Positions 26,583 to 37,709 of a DNA stretch of 64,000 bases are shown here, piece by piece. The position numbers were made by a program, and so were the translations under genes. Origin of the DNA: Podarcis gaigeae. Taxonomy: Eukaryota. Numbering within the stretch: the stretch's first letter is position 1; every line of letters starts with the position of its first letter. The DNA is taken from NCBI GenBank assembly GCA_964106915.2, contig OZ066914.1; one strand, given 5' to 3'. The notes under the pieces were generated by a model. It did no database searches and was not told the origin of the DNA. It saw only the letters and a list, made by a program, of their open reading frames with translations.

Positions 26583-28760
26583 GCTTAGTCTAAAAGTAAG
26601 CTTTTTGGAGGTCATCAGTTACATTACCTGAAGTCTCACTGTAGTTTTAATGAATAATATGATTGAAAATGGCTCAAAAGTTATTCTAACCCATCTGCCC
26701 TAATATTTGCCAGTTTTAAATACTCTCGTTCCTCACACAGCCATGTCTCCTGTTTATATAATTGCGAAGCTTTCTTTCTATCTCACTTAAGGTCACCAGA
26801 GTGTTTCCTGGTGTGGCTGGGTTGATTTGTAAGAGCTGCATAATTGGCAGAGATTCATCTGGCGAATCTTTCCTTCCTGCACTGCATCACTATGCCAAAG
26901 AAGAATCATCTACTGAATTTTCCGCCCATCATGCACTGTTAAAGGCAGACAAGATATGCCAGCAAAAGGGTTGCTAACCTGTCTGTCTATAAGTGTGCAA
27001 ATACAACCAGCAGAATTGAGAGTTTTTTATTTATTTCTCTCCCCTGCCCCCCCCCCCCGGTAGTAAAAATGATGTAAGTGAAGCTTTGCCTGGGAAACCT
27101 TAATAATGAATTTTGACATGTCATGCACCTATTAAGTAACCATGATGGAAGACAGTTGACAACCTTATTCTATCTTTCACCATCCCTCTCCAAATCTGAA
27201 CAAGACTGTGACTTACCCTGATCCTAAACATGTTTCCTTAGGAAGATAAGAAGATATATTACAAGTAATGGCGCATAGGCTTAGATTCTTGGTGGAAGGG
27301 CTTTTGTGTGATGAGCAGAGTCCTGAGCATAAAATCTCCCTATGAGTGGCTGAAGCAGAAGTCATGACACAGCATGCCTGTTCACTTGCTATGGAAACTA
27401 TGTTTGGTTAAGTATCAAGTGTCCAGATTTCTGCTCATGTGCTTAGCAAGGAAGCACTGCATATTTATAACTTAGGCAGCCTAAAGACTACAACAGCAAA
27501 GCAATTCCCTTATGGGCCAGCAAATTCATTCCACAGCTTGGCCTGAGCAATGTATTAATTATTGTTGTTTTTATATTGCCAGAAGAATGTGGAATCTCTT
27601 CTAGACCAAGATAAATTGATACCAGAAAGATTAATGGTCTAACTTAGCTACAACACAGTAAGGCGTGTGATAAACCAAAGAGTGGGGACCCATATTGAGG
27701 CCTGAGGGTTGTATCCAACCAAGTTATACTCAGAGCAGAGTCCATGAAATTAATGGACCCGTTAGTCATGTCCATTCTTTTCAATGGGTTTACTCCAGGA
27801 GTAAGGAAGCTTTGACCTGTGAACCAAACCTGGCCCAGCAAACCTCCCCATTTGGCCTGCTAGGCTGCTTTTCTTAAACCAGGTCTACCTGCCACACACC
27901 TGACGTATAAGATGTCAGGTCTGGGGCAGGTACCAATGTGGCTACAAAGTAACAATCAGGAGTGTAAAGTGAGTGACCAATTGTTCCTTGCTGGAGCATG
28001 GTGCACTTCAGACGTTGGATGAAGGGAGTGTACCTTTTTCTGAGAGCACCAAGCAGTTTGCATTAAAATTTCTGCTAAAACAGGTTTCCCCCTCCACTTC
28101 AATGCAACCTGCTAGGCACTACAGGATTAGCAAAGTCCCTTGTTCTGCAGTTCCCAGTTGCCAACTGGCTGTCAGGCACTTGACATAATGATGCCAAGTG
28201 ATTGACAAGTGAGTTGTCCAACCCACCTGTCAAAGCTGGCCCACAGGTTATGGTCAGATAAGGATCAGGTTCACTGGTCCAAAAAGGTTCCCCATCCCTG
28301 GTTTACTCTGAGTAATACTAATATTGGCTACAACACTGAGTAATCCAGAATGCCATTCCGTAGGGGCATGTTGGAGCTGCAAAAAGAACCTGGATGAAGG
28401 GTGTGTTTGAGAACATATATGAACACCTTAAATTTGGAGGCTGCAAAGGTACATTGAATCAATTACCACCTTGTTGGTGAGATCCCGAAGCAACATAACT
28501 TTTTATAACATGTTGAGATTGGAAGCTTGGCAGGCTCCCCAAACAACTTTGTGATCCTCCCACACCCACAATCTGCGCTGTTGTTGAGACACACACTTCC
28601 CTCTAGTACAAAGTGTATTACTTAGGAGAAAATGTGGGAATTCTTTTTACCAAAGTTATGTTTGTGCAGAAAACGTGCTGCAAATGAGAAACAGATGTGT
28701 ACCGTTTTTAAAAAACCTGAAATTAAAAATTTGTGTAGAAAGTATGTAAATTGGTAAACT

Positions 28761-28776
28761 TGCTGCCCCCTAGTGT
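28761..28776 (-). promoter_or_regulatory. Candidate CTCF site
   Basis: - strand acactagggggcagca closely matches the CTCF core CCACTAGGGGGCAG. Confidence 0.45.
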
Positions 28777-31289
28777 ATCAATGTATTCATGGAAGGGGAC
28801 TAGCTTTTCTCTCTCCTATTATAAGGACTTAATAATTGGAGCTTTGCACACTTCATAACATATAGCAAAACACAGATTTGTCATAATTAAAAAAAGAATT
28901 GCTTAAGCAACAGCATAGATTTGTGATACTAAAAGTAAATTTTGAAGTACACAGTGTGAAAATCAAAGTTTGATCATTAATTTAAATTCCCAAGAGATTG
29001 CATGAACATGCTACATACCTAAATGCACACAGTAAAGAACCTGATTTTCTGTTTGGCAACAGCTTTCACATAAAAACAGACTTTTGTTACATGAAACTAT
29101 CAACCTGGTTTAAATTTGATGATGGTAAACTACTTGTGATTCACATGGGATCTGGGTCTGTGACAGCCTGCTCAGATACTTGGCTCAACACATTTAATGT
29201 CAAACATATAATAGAAAATAATGATGAGTTGTGAAATTGGTACATCTTTGGCTATAATAATAGGGTAAGACTTTGAGTAGGACTTATCAGATGCAACCCT
29301 TTATATCAGTAGAAGTTACTTTCTAGTACTATGAATTGCTTAAAAGCTGTTGAATGCAATCTGAATTCACTCAAGCTCAGGATCTATATCTCTATCCTTG
29401 GTGGTAACATTACATGACCCCAATATTGGCTAATGGTTAGAAACCAAACAAGCCAGTTCTCTTTAATATGGTATTCATTGTATGAACATGCTCTGTGTTT
29501 TTTTGTACTTGCAAGGCAAAGGCATGTGAAGTAGCAATTACTATCGGATAGGTAAAAATATTGCCCCAGCTCAACACTGTGACCAAGCTAAGATGCCTCA
29601 GTGAAATCAGGAGACATCAAAAGAAAATGGTATTTCACATACTAGGGAGTCTACTAACTCAAGAGGTGATAATGCTAAGCATTTACATAGCTTCCCTAAT
29701 ATTATGTCTTGCAAAACTGTGATAATGATAGTGTAGCTGGATCCAGTACTGCATTCTCATTATAATTTGTGAATTAAGAACTCCTGAATATGTTGTACAG
29801 TCATTGCATGATGCGCAGAAAGTCAGCTCCTAAGACTCTCGGCTTGTAAGAACAAAGCAAGCTTTTAGCTGACATAATCGGCATGTGTTCAAATGTTGAG
29901 TGGCCTGATGCAAAAGGAGACAAAGGTTTTGCATCCTTAAGAGCTGTGTAGAAAAATGGAATTTCAGGAGGCATGGCTTGTCATGCAAGCTACGTCTGCT
30001 GCAGTGCCCTCTTCTGCAGAGCTATTGATTTTATTTATTAGTTATATTTATTTCTAGCCACTTTCAGCCTACCCACACCACTATCCCCATCCCCAGTAAT
30101 TATGGCCGGCATTTTGGCGGTCTTGTAATAACAAAAGGGAGAAAGGGGTACTCCTGAAGAGAGAGCGGCCCCTCGCTATCGCCTAACGTCAACCGTGAGC
30201 CCCTGAGCCCCTCTATTATTAAAAGAAATCAGAGAGGACGTCGCTTTCGGCCCCGCAGCTCGTCAATTGCACCGATCGCGCAATCCCAAACGTGGAGCTA
30301 AAAACCAGCGTTTTGAAGGAGGTGATTCATATCTTTGCCAGCCAAGAAAGCAGCGCCTCCTTCCCAAATTCATTATTCTTCTTGCTATTATTGTTGTTAC
30401 ATATGTACTGAATTCTGATGGGGTGTTGTTTAGGCTGCTGCTGCTAATTTAAGACAAAACATGCGAAAAGGTATTTCATTCAATAAGGCAAAGCGTATCC
30501 CGCGCCAGCCATGGGAAAGGCCCCCTTCTCTTTCGCTGCGGCTGAGCCTGAACCAGAGACTAAGCGGAAGCTGAACCAAGAGGCGGGGGGAGGGCTGTTG
30601 CTCAATCGATCCAGCGAACGGATTTCATCCGTCAAATTGGAATTTAACAAGGAGCCGCCATCTCGAGGCAGCAATAAACTCACGTGCAGCCCGAGAGGCA
30701 AATACCCCTCACAAAAGGGTTAGAGCTGCTTAGGGGGTGGGAAGCGGGGACCCAGCCTGGTTTGTTGTTCTGCAATCCAGGTTTGGTTTGTCTTAAAACA
30801 GCGTGTCCTAACGTGGTCATTTAGCTTCGGGTGCTTTTCGTAGTGATATATTACCACTAATAACGGAGGCTCAAGCGGCAGTTGCAACAGCAAAGTTACT
30901 CCCACTGAGCTATATAATACCAGGTCAACATGTATAGGAATTGCAGCCTGAAGGGGCTGAACTCAAAAGCCACCCACCCTTGCATCCTTTTCCTTTGCAA
31001 TGGGGAATATTGCAAGCACCCCCCAACACTGTGGGACCTACTTCTGTGTAAAGCAGAGGCTCAGCTGTCCAGCTGCGGCTTCGTTGCTAGAGCCACCCAC
31101 CTTGCGCGCGCATGGTCCCACGTTCAATTCCCGGCATCTCCCGGTAGGCTTTTTTTTTTAAGCACTCCTGCCTGAAAACCTGGATGGGTGGGCCAAGAGC
31201 CTGACTCGACTTAAGGCAGCATCTTAACACCCCCCCCCCCCATAGAACTGCCCTGTTTATAGGGCTCCCCCCAGGTAGAAAGCGATATG

Positions 31290-31890
31290 TAAAATGTGGC
31301 CAAGACGACGAGTAAGCACCTCGGAGCCGTTTAATCTCTCCACTTAGGCTGTGCAGTTGCCTCTGCCCCCGCCTACTTGTCCCCATGGAAGCCAACGGGG
31401 GGCTGACTGCCCTGCGAAGAACGACGCCTAGGGGCTGGGGCTGGGACACGCACGAGAGCGGTGCGTTTTTCTGTCAGGCAGCGAGCGGGGCAGCCCCGCG
31501 ACGGCAGTGTGGAAGGACCCATCCCTTTGGCGGCACGGAGAGTGGTGGGAGTGCCCAGAGCGCTGTCCCTGCAGCCCGTCCGACTCGCAGCTTCTCCTCG
31601 GCGGCGTCGCCATGTCCGTCAGCGAGATGTTCATCGCTTTGCAAGGGGTGCTCACGGCCGACCAGGATATCCGCGAGGTGAGAGAGGGTCGCGCCGGTGC
31701 GAGGACCACGGACGCTTCGCCAGAGCTCGGAAGGGGGATCCCTTCCTTCCCTTTCGCTGCTCCTCGGATCACGGGGACTAGAGCCTTGGTTTTCCTATCT
31801 TCCAAACCGCGGGAGCCAACCTTTTAACAACTGCATGCCTGAAACATGGGACCCATTTCTATCACGTAAACCCAAAACCGCCCTACGTGC
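31290..31890 (+). promoter_or_regulatory. TSN: CpG island / promoter and 5' UTR of TSN
   Basis: CpG-dense segment spanning the TSN ATG (gtcgccATG) and the first donor. Confidence 0.8.
31612..31677 (+). CDS. TSN: TSN coding exon 1
   Basis: MSVSEMFIALQGVLTADQDIRE; donor GAG|gtgaga. Confidence 0.97.
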
Positions 31891-34800
31891 CTCTGTTGTG
31901 GCTCCTGTGACATTTACATAACGGCCCAGGAGAGGGAAATTTAGTTGTTGCTGCTTGTTACGCTAAGTGTGAGATAAATTGCATAGGCTGAAATCTTCTG
32001 TCCTGCACCACCACCGTTAAAGATCTTATTCTCCTTTGCGCCTATTCTTTGTCAAAGCTGAACAAAGAAACAACAACAACAACCAGTGATGGTTGCAAGC
32101 ACTGCCACCCATCTTGGGTCAAGGTGTGATCCACTATGGGGTACTGACCCATCACAAGTAGCAGTATGATGAAAAGAATCATAGTAACAACCTAATTGCC
32201 TCATAGATAACCATTAGTTAGCTAAGTAGTGCAGACCCCGTTTTTCAAAAGCCAAGCTATGGACCCACTACTTTAAAAAAGTTTGATATCCCTATGGTAG
32301 TTTTTGTTACGTGAATGGTGCCACAGATCTCCCGGGTGGATTACTGGGACTCCCTGGGGTTCATGGGCCCCCAATTAGGAACCAGAGGTTAAAAATTTAC
32401 TAGAGAGAAAGACGGGCAAAATTGAACAGCAGCTTTGTGCTAACACATTGCATGTTTTTCTGTACCATCATATTCTGAGTATTTTATTGTTGTTTACAGG
32501 AGATCAGGAAAGTTGTTCAAACTCTGGAGCAAACAGCCCGGGAAATTCTTACAGTGCTACAAGGAGTCCACCAGGGGTCTGGATTTCAGGACAGTAGGTC
32601 ATGCTTTGTTTGCCTATTGAGAAAAAAAAGTCACAAACATGTTTACATGCATAAAGGATGGTTACCGAAGATGAGGATAAAAGATGCCACTCAGTAATGT
32701 AAAAGTGAAATGGTTATGTGTTTTGTGAAAAACATTTTTCTACTTCAGTTTCTTTGTGAATTGGAAATGCAGGAAAGTGAATCATGTACAATAGATTATA
32801 ACACTAAATTTGACTGTTTCATTATTGGGCACTTAACTAGTCAACAAAGACTTATTCAGCTGTGAAATCTTAAAACAAGTCTGGTTTCTATATCCTATCA
32901 GACAGGGCAGCTTGTGGGTTCTACTCTGCTTGAGCAGAGCCTGGTACAAAAGACATACTAATAGAATGAAAGAATTCAGAACCTGGAAATTTTTTAAGGG
33001 CCAGAACTGAGCAAAGCACACAGTCTTTCCACACAATAATCCACTCCCTCCCCATTTCAGCAGTACAATTTAGTGGGTCATTTTGTTGTTGCAAGTGTTA
33101 AACACATCTGAGTAAGAAATCCTTGCTGATTGCTTCAGATCACCCAGAGAATTACTATTCAGTCACAATTTACCTTCTGTTCACTCCAGGTAGAACAAGT
33201 AGAAGCAGCCTTCCTGCTTCAAACTGCCACCCTCCAATTCATGGGGATTGGGGGTGGGTAGTGCTAGCACATTTGCTTCCACACCTCTACTCATCTGACA
33301 GCTTACCCAGTTGCAGGAATGAATCTCCCAGTAGAGCAGAGTGGCTGCAATAACATTCCCACAGCAGAGTCATTGCCATTTACTTTGAGGGTGGGAAGGG
33401 GTAGGTGGTGTGAAGGTCAGGGCTGTACAGACGAGCTAGCTAGCAGGAGCCCTGGATTGCCTCTTCCAGTGCATCCACAGAACCCTAACTCACCCACCCA
33501 CCTAGTCTTTCCCTGTAAATGACAGTGACTGTTTCCAGGCGCCTATTGCTGCAGCTGAACCACTCCAGTCATTATGAACTTATTTCAGTGGGACTAAACC
33601 ATGACTAACTTAGGCTTCAGTCCTGTATCCACTTAGCTAGGAATAAGCGCCATTGAACTTAATGGAACTTAGTTTTGATGCATAGGATTGTGGTGTCCTA
33701 TGGATGGATCCAGTGAATCAAACTTAATAGAAAATTAATAAATATATAAATGCTGTTGGGGTTGTTGTTCATTATTATAGTGCGTACGTTTGTGTTTTTA
33801 TGTTGTAAACAACCCAGTGTTCTTCAGAGGGAGGTATAGATAGCAAATAAATAAGAAACCTGTTTCTTTTAAGTATCACAGTATTGTCTTTGCTCATGGT
33901 TCTATGCCTAAAGGGTGTTTTCTTTAAAGAAACTCAAAAACAAATAACTAGCCTTTGTTTTCGAGGTTAAGTGGTGTTTGTTTTTAATTTTAGTACCAAA
34001 GAAGTGTCAGAAGGCTCGTGAACACTTTGGTACTGTTAGAACACAGTTGGCCTCTCTGAAAAACAAGTTCCCTGCAGATCAATATTACAGGTTAGTAAAT
34101 GTCCACTTTCCTCCTGCCTTTTGTGGTCTTTTTTATAATATTTTATTCTTTTTTCCATATAGAAAGTTACATTTGTTACTGAGCAATTTCAAACCAATCA
34201 TTTAAATATGGATGGCTATGATTTATTTCCACTGTTGGAGGCAGCATGCTTCAGCATATCAGTTACTAGGAATCACAAGTGGGGAGGATGCTATTGTACC
34301 ACCACAGGGATAGGATTTAGGACTAGATGGGCATTTTGTCAGATCCAGCAGGAGTCTTCTGTTTAAAGTGCCAGGAATCACTTTCTCTTTCCCCCCCATG
34401 CAGATTTAATGAACATTGGAGATTTGTGTTACAACGTTTGGTGTTCTTAGCAGCATTTGTTGTCTACTTGGAAACAGAAACCTTAGTGACTCGGGAAGCT
34501 GCTACAGAAATACTTGGAAGTAAGGAATTGTTTTTCCACTTAAACACAATGACTTTTGGCTTTAGCAAGGCTCCCTGTCTAAGAAATTCCGTAAAATGTT
34601 AACCTAAATTGGCACGTCAGAAAGCTTCTACATGTCACTTAGCTTTCCTTCTAAAACCTTTTGACATAGTTTGACAGTGAAATAAAGACTAGACCTCTGC
34701 TTCAGCTCTGCCAAGGTTCCTTTTTTAACTGAAAAAATTAGTAACTGTTAGTAAAAAAAGGAGTCCATATATGCACTGCTCGAGAGCTATGAGTTGGCAG

Positions 34801-36337
34801 AGTTGCAGGCTCCCTGGGAAGGTAGAAAGTCCACAGTGAAAGACAGGGGAATATGGGAAGATTAGGTATACACATTAATTATATGAAGCTTCTATACATT
34901 CTTATTTACTTTGAAGAAGCCACACTTGTATTCAGTGAGGCTTACTAAATGTTTAGGATTGCAGCTCCACTCCAGCAGTGTGGACTCTAAATGGCAGCTA
35001 CTCATGAGGATCTTGGTCAGAGGTTTTCCCCATGAGCCCTGCTACCTGAAAATCCTTTTAACTAGAGATGCTAGGGACTGAACCTGGGGCCTTCTGCATG
35101 TAAATAATGTGGTCAGCCACTGAGCTTTGGTGCTTGGGATTTGGGGCTCAGATATGTAACCCTACAATCCTTTCTAGAGTCTGAGATTAACATCCGAGGT
35201 ACTTCTCTGTGTGCACCCACCAAGAGATGTCAGAGTGTGGCAATGAGGGAATGGGCCTTTTCAGTGGTAACCTCAGTTATAGGATACTCTCCCCAGGGAA
35301 ACTCACCTGACACTGGCTTTGTCCTCTTTCAGGCACTAGGTGAAGACATTTTTATTCTCCCAGGCATTTGGACAGCACCACTGATATTGGAACTTTTGGT
35401 GGCTACCAGGGTATACATCCTGTGTGAAGGGCGTGGATGCTTTGTGCTGTTTCAGATTACTTTTTCTTTGGATGAACACTTTTAGTATTTTATATTTGAA
35501 TTGATCAGTGTAATTAACTAACCATTAACCTAAAAGGAAGGCCTAACCTGGCACTCCTTTCATTTTGGAGTCTTCTAACCCTGATGATTTGTATTATCAG
35601 AGTTGAATCCAAATCCGTTCATTCTTTTTGCAGTTGAATCTGAAAGAGAGAAAGGCTTTCACCTGGACATTGAGGATTACCTCTCTGGGGTGTTGACTCT
35701 GGCTAGTGAGCTGGTAAGTAAAGAGTATTGAGAAGTTTTAGAACTAATGCAGCATGACTTACCTAGTTGGACTGAAACTAATATCCAGGGCCTTGGCATG
35801 GACAAAACTAGAGGTTATATACCATGGCTCTTTCTTTAACGAAGTTGCTAGTTGCTCTTTTTCTGCAAAGGGAGGCTTATGGTTGCATATTACTCTACTA
35901 ATAGTAAAGGTTTGCAAGATTGAGGCTTCTTCATCAAATATGCTCTAAACGCCAGTATAATTTATCCTCTGGAAGGAAGACAAGGTGCTGAATACCCTGT
36001 TCAGATGTTAATACAGTTGTGGGACTCCAGTAAGGCCTACCTGGCCCGATTTGGTCTGTGCACGTCTGCTTATCTTGCACCGTTCTGCTTTCTTCCATAG
36101 GCTAGGTTGGCAGTGAACAGTGTCACAGCTGGAGACTACGCCCGTCCCCTCCGCATCTCTGCTTTTATCAACGAGTTGGATTCCGGATTCCGCCTTCTCA
36201 ACCTGAAGAATGACTCCCTGAGGAAGCGCTACGATGGCCTCAAGTACGATGTCAAGAAGATAGAGGAGGTGGTTTATGACCTGTCAATCAGAGGGCTCAA
36301 CAAGGACTCAATTGCTAATGCTGGTGGGGAGAAATAG
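31612..36337 (+). CDS. TSN: Translin (C3PO subunit), 229 aa; join(31612..31677,32500..32593,33994..34090,34404..34519,35634..35713,36101..36337)
   Basis: Six GT-AG exons sum to 690 nt with consistent phases; the translation MSVSEMFIALQGVLTADQDIREEIRKVVQ...LRKRYDGLKYDVKKIEEVVYDLSIRGLNK...GGEK matches vertebrate translin. Confidence 0.98.
32500..32593 (+). CDS. TSN: TSN exon 2
   Basis: tttacag|EIRKVVQTLEQTAREILTVLQGVHQGSGFQD|gtaggt. Confidence 0.97.
33994..34090 (+). CDS. TSN: TSN exon 3
   Basis: ttttag|(I)PKKCQKAREHFGTVRTQLASLKNKFPADQYY(R)|gttagt. Confidence 0.97.
34404..34519 (+). CDS. TSN: TSN exon 4
   Basis: atgcag|FNEHWRFVLQRLVFLAAFVVYLETETLVTREAATEILG|gtaagg. Confidence 0.97.
35170..35370 (+). 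mobile_element. L2 LINE fragment in TSN intron 4
   Basis: gggccttttcagtggtaacc...gaagacatttttattctcccaggcattt, similar to the other L2 3' copies. Confidence 0.55.
35634..35713 (+). CDS. TSN: TSN exon 5
   Basis: ttttgcag|(I)ESEREKGFHLDIEDYLSGVLTLASEL|gtaagt. Confidence 0.97.
36101..36337 (+). CDS. TSN: TSN exon 6 (coding part)
   Basis: ttccatag|ARLAVNSVTAGDYARPLRISAFINELDSGFRLLNLKNDSLRKRYDG...GGEK TAG. Confidence 0.97.
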   Translation, partial: ARLAVNSVTAGDYARPLRISAFINELDSGFRLLNLKNDSLRKRYDGLKYDVKKIEEVVYDLSIRGLNKDSIANAGGEK

Positions 36338-36739
36338 AGGAGGGCTTGTTGAACTGAAGCAATCATTACCTCAGTCTTGCTGCCAATGAAGGAGAAGCTT
36401 TAACTTGAGCTCTCCAGCAGTAGTTTAGAGGAACCACAAAGCTGCATACCACTGTTGTTTTTTCCTAATGGAATGTTTAGTATGTCCAAGCAGAAACACT
36501 CATTCCCCACCCCCCAAGCCCCTCTAGCAGGCACTGCTTGGAGTCCTAAGTCACCCTGGTGTAAGCAAACTGTCATCTCTGAACTACAGCTGTTGCTATC
36601 CCATTATCGCTGCAGAAACAAGCATGGGGATTATTTTCCCCCTGCATCACAGCATTTGTTCAAGCCTCATCCTTTTTGGATCTCCATGTCATTTACATGT
36701 ATCGCAGTTTATGCACACTGCTGCCCTGGGCTCCTTTGT

Positions 36740-36749
36740 AATAAATAAA
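36740..36749 (+). terminator. TSN: TSN proximal poly(A) signal (overlapping AATAAA x2)
   Basis: tgta-ataaataaaa about 400 nt after the stop codon. Confidence 0.55.
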
Positions 36750-37703
36750 AGTTCAGTACTTGGCTGCAGCTGATGTGTAAACAGCTTGTAAAAAAGCATT
36801 CATTTTCTGCTCATCTGTGTAAACCAGATAGATTGCTGCATAAAATCAAGAGTTCAGAACTAGGATGATCAGTTCAGTAGAAATATTGTTGGGAATGGAT
36901 GTTTTCAAATAGTCACCATTATATAGTGCACATATATTTGTATCCTTAAACATGCTGATTTTTACATTTGGGAAGAGACGTGAAATAGTCATTGAAGCTG
37001 AACAGTTGCTTGTGAGCATGTTCCAAGTATATATATAAGTTTTAAAAAACAAATCCTGGAACATGTTTTAGGTGATTTTTTTGTGGGGGGAGGAGCACAG
37101 ATTTCAAGGAGGTAAGTAGTTACGTAACAGGGCAAAGGTGTTTATGTTCCTTTGAATTCTAAGTGACCTGTTTCACATTTCCTTCATTTTGTATTGTATC
37201 TTTTTTATATAATGTTCTTGGTCCATCATGCAGCAAAGAATGCATTTGGCCTTAACAAAAAACAGTGACATTTACCTTGGTCCTAAACACATGTACATGG
37301 AGGCGAGTTGCTTTGTGCATAGGAGCACAGCTTTTGTATGTAGGGTGCAGGTGCAAATCACTCTTCTTTCACCTCCATGTGTGTGCTACCTCCACTGTAT
37401 TAGTATTTAACACCCATCTTCTGAATCTCATATGTGCAAAATTTGTTTCTGCAATATACTGTGTTGTTTTGTCTGAGCATTTTTCATATTGTGTGCTGTA
37501 TAGGATCTGTTTTTCCCTTTGCCCTAAAGTTTTTCCTTTGACAAATATCACCTCCAAAAGATAAGAAAAATATTTGTACTTTACAATATTAGTGGCTGTA
37601 AGTATCTTTTGTTTGTAAATCTTTGCCTTTTTCTGGTTACGTTTTGGGATGGGTGGGGGAAAAGTTCATTGAAAAGCAAATTCTTCCTTTGTTAACGTGG
37701 GTA

Positions 37704-37709
37704 AATAAA
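37704..37709 (+). terminator. TSN: TSN distal poly(A) signal
   Basis: AATAAA preceded by U-rich/UGUA elements and followed by GU/U-rich tgtgattttgttttgtatgtttc. Confidence 0.65.
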
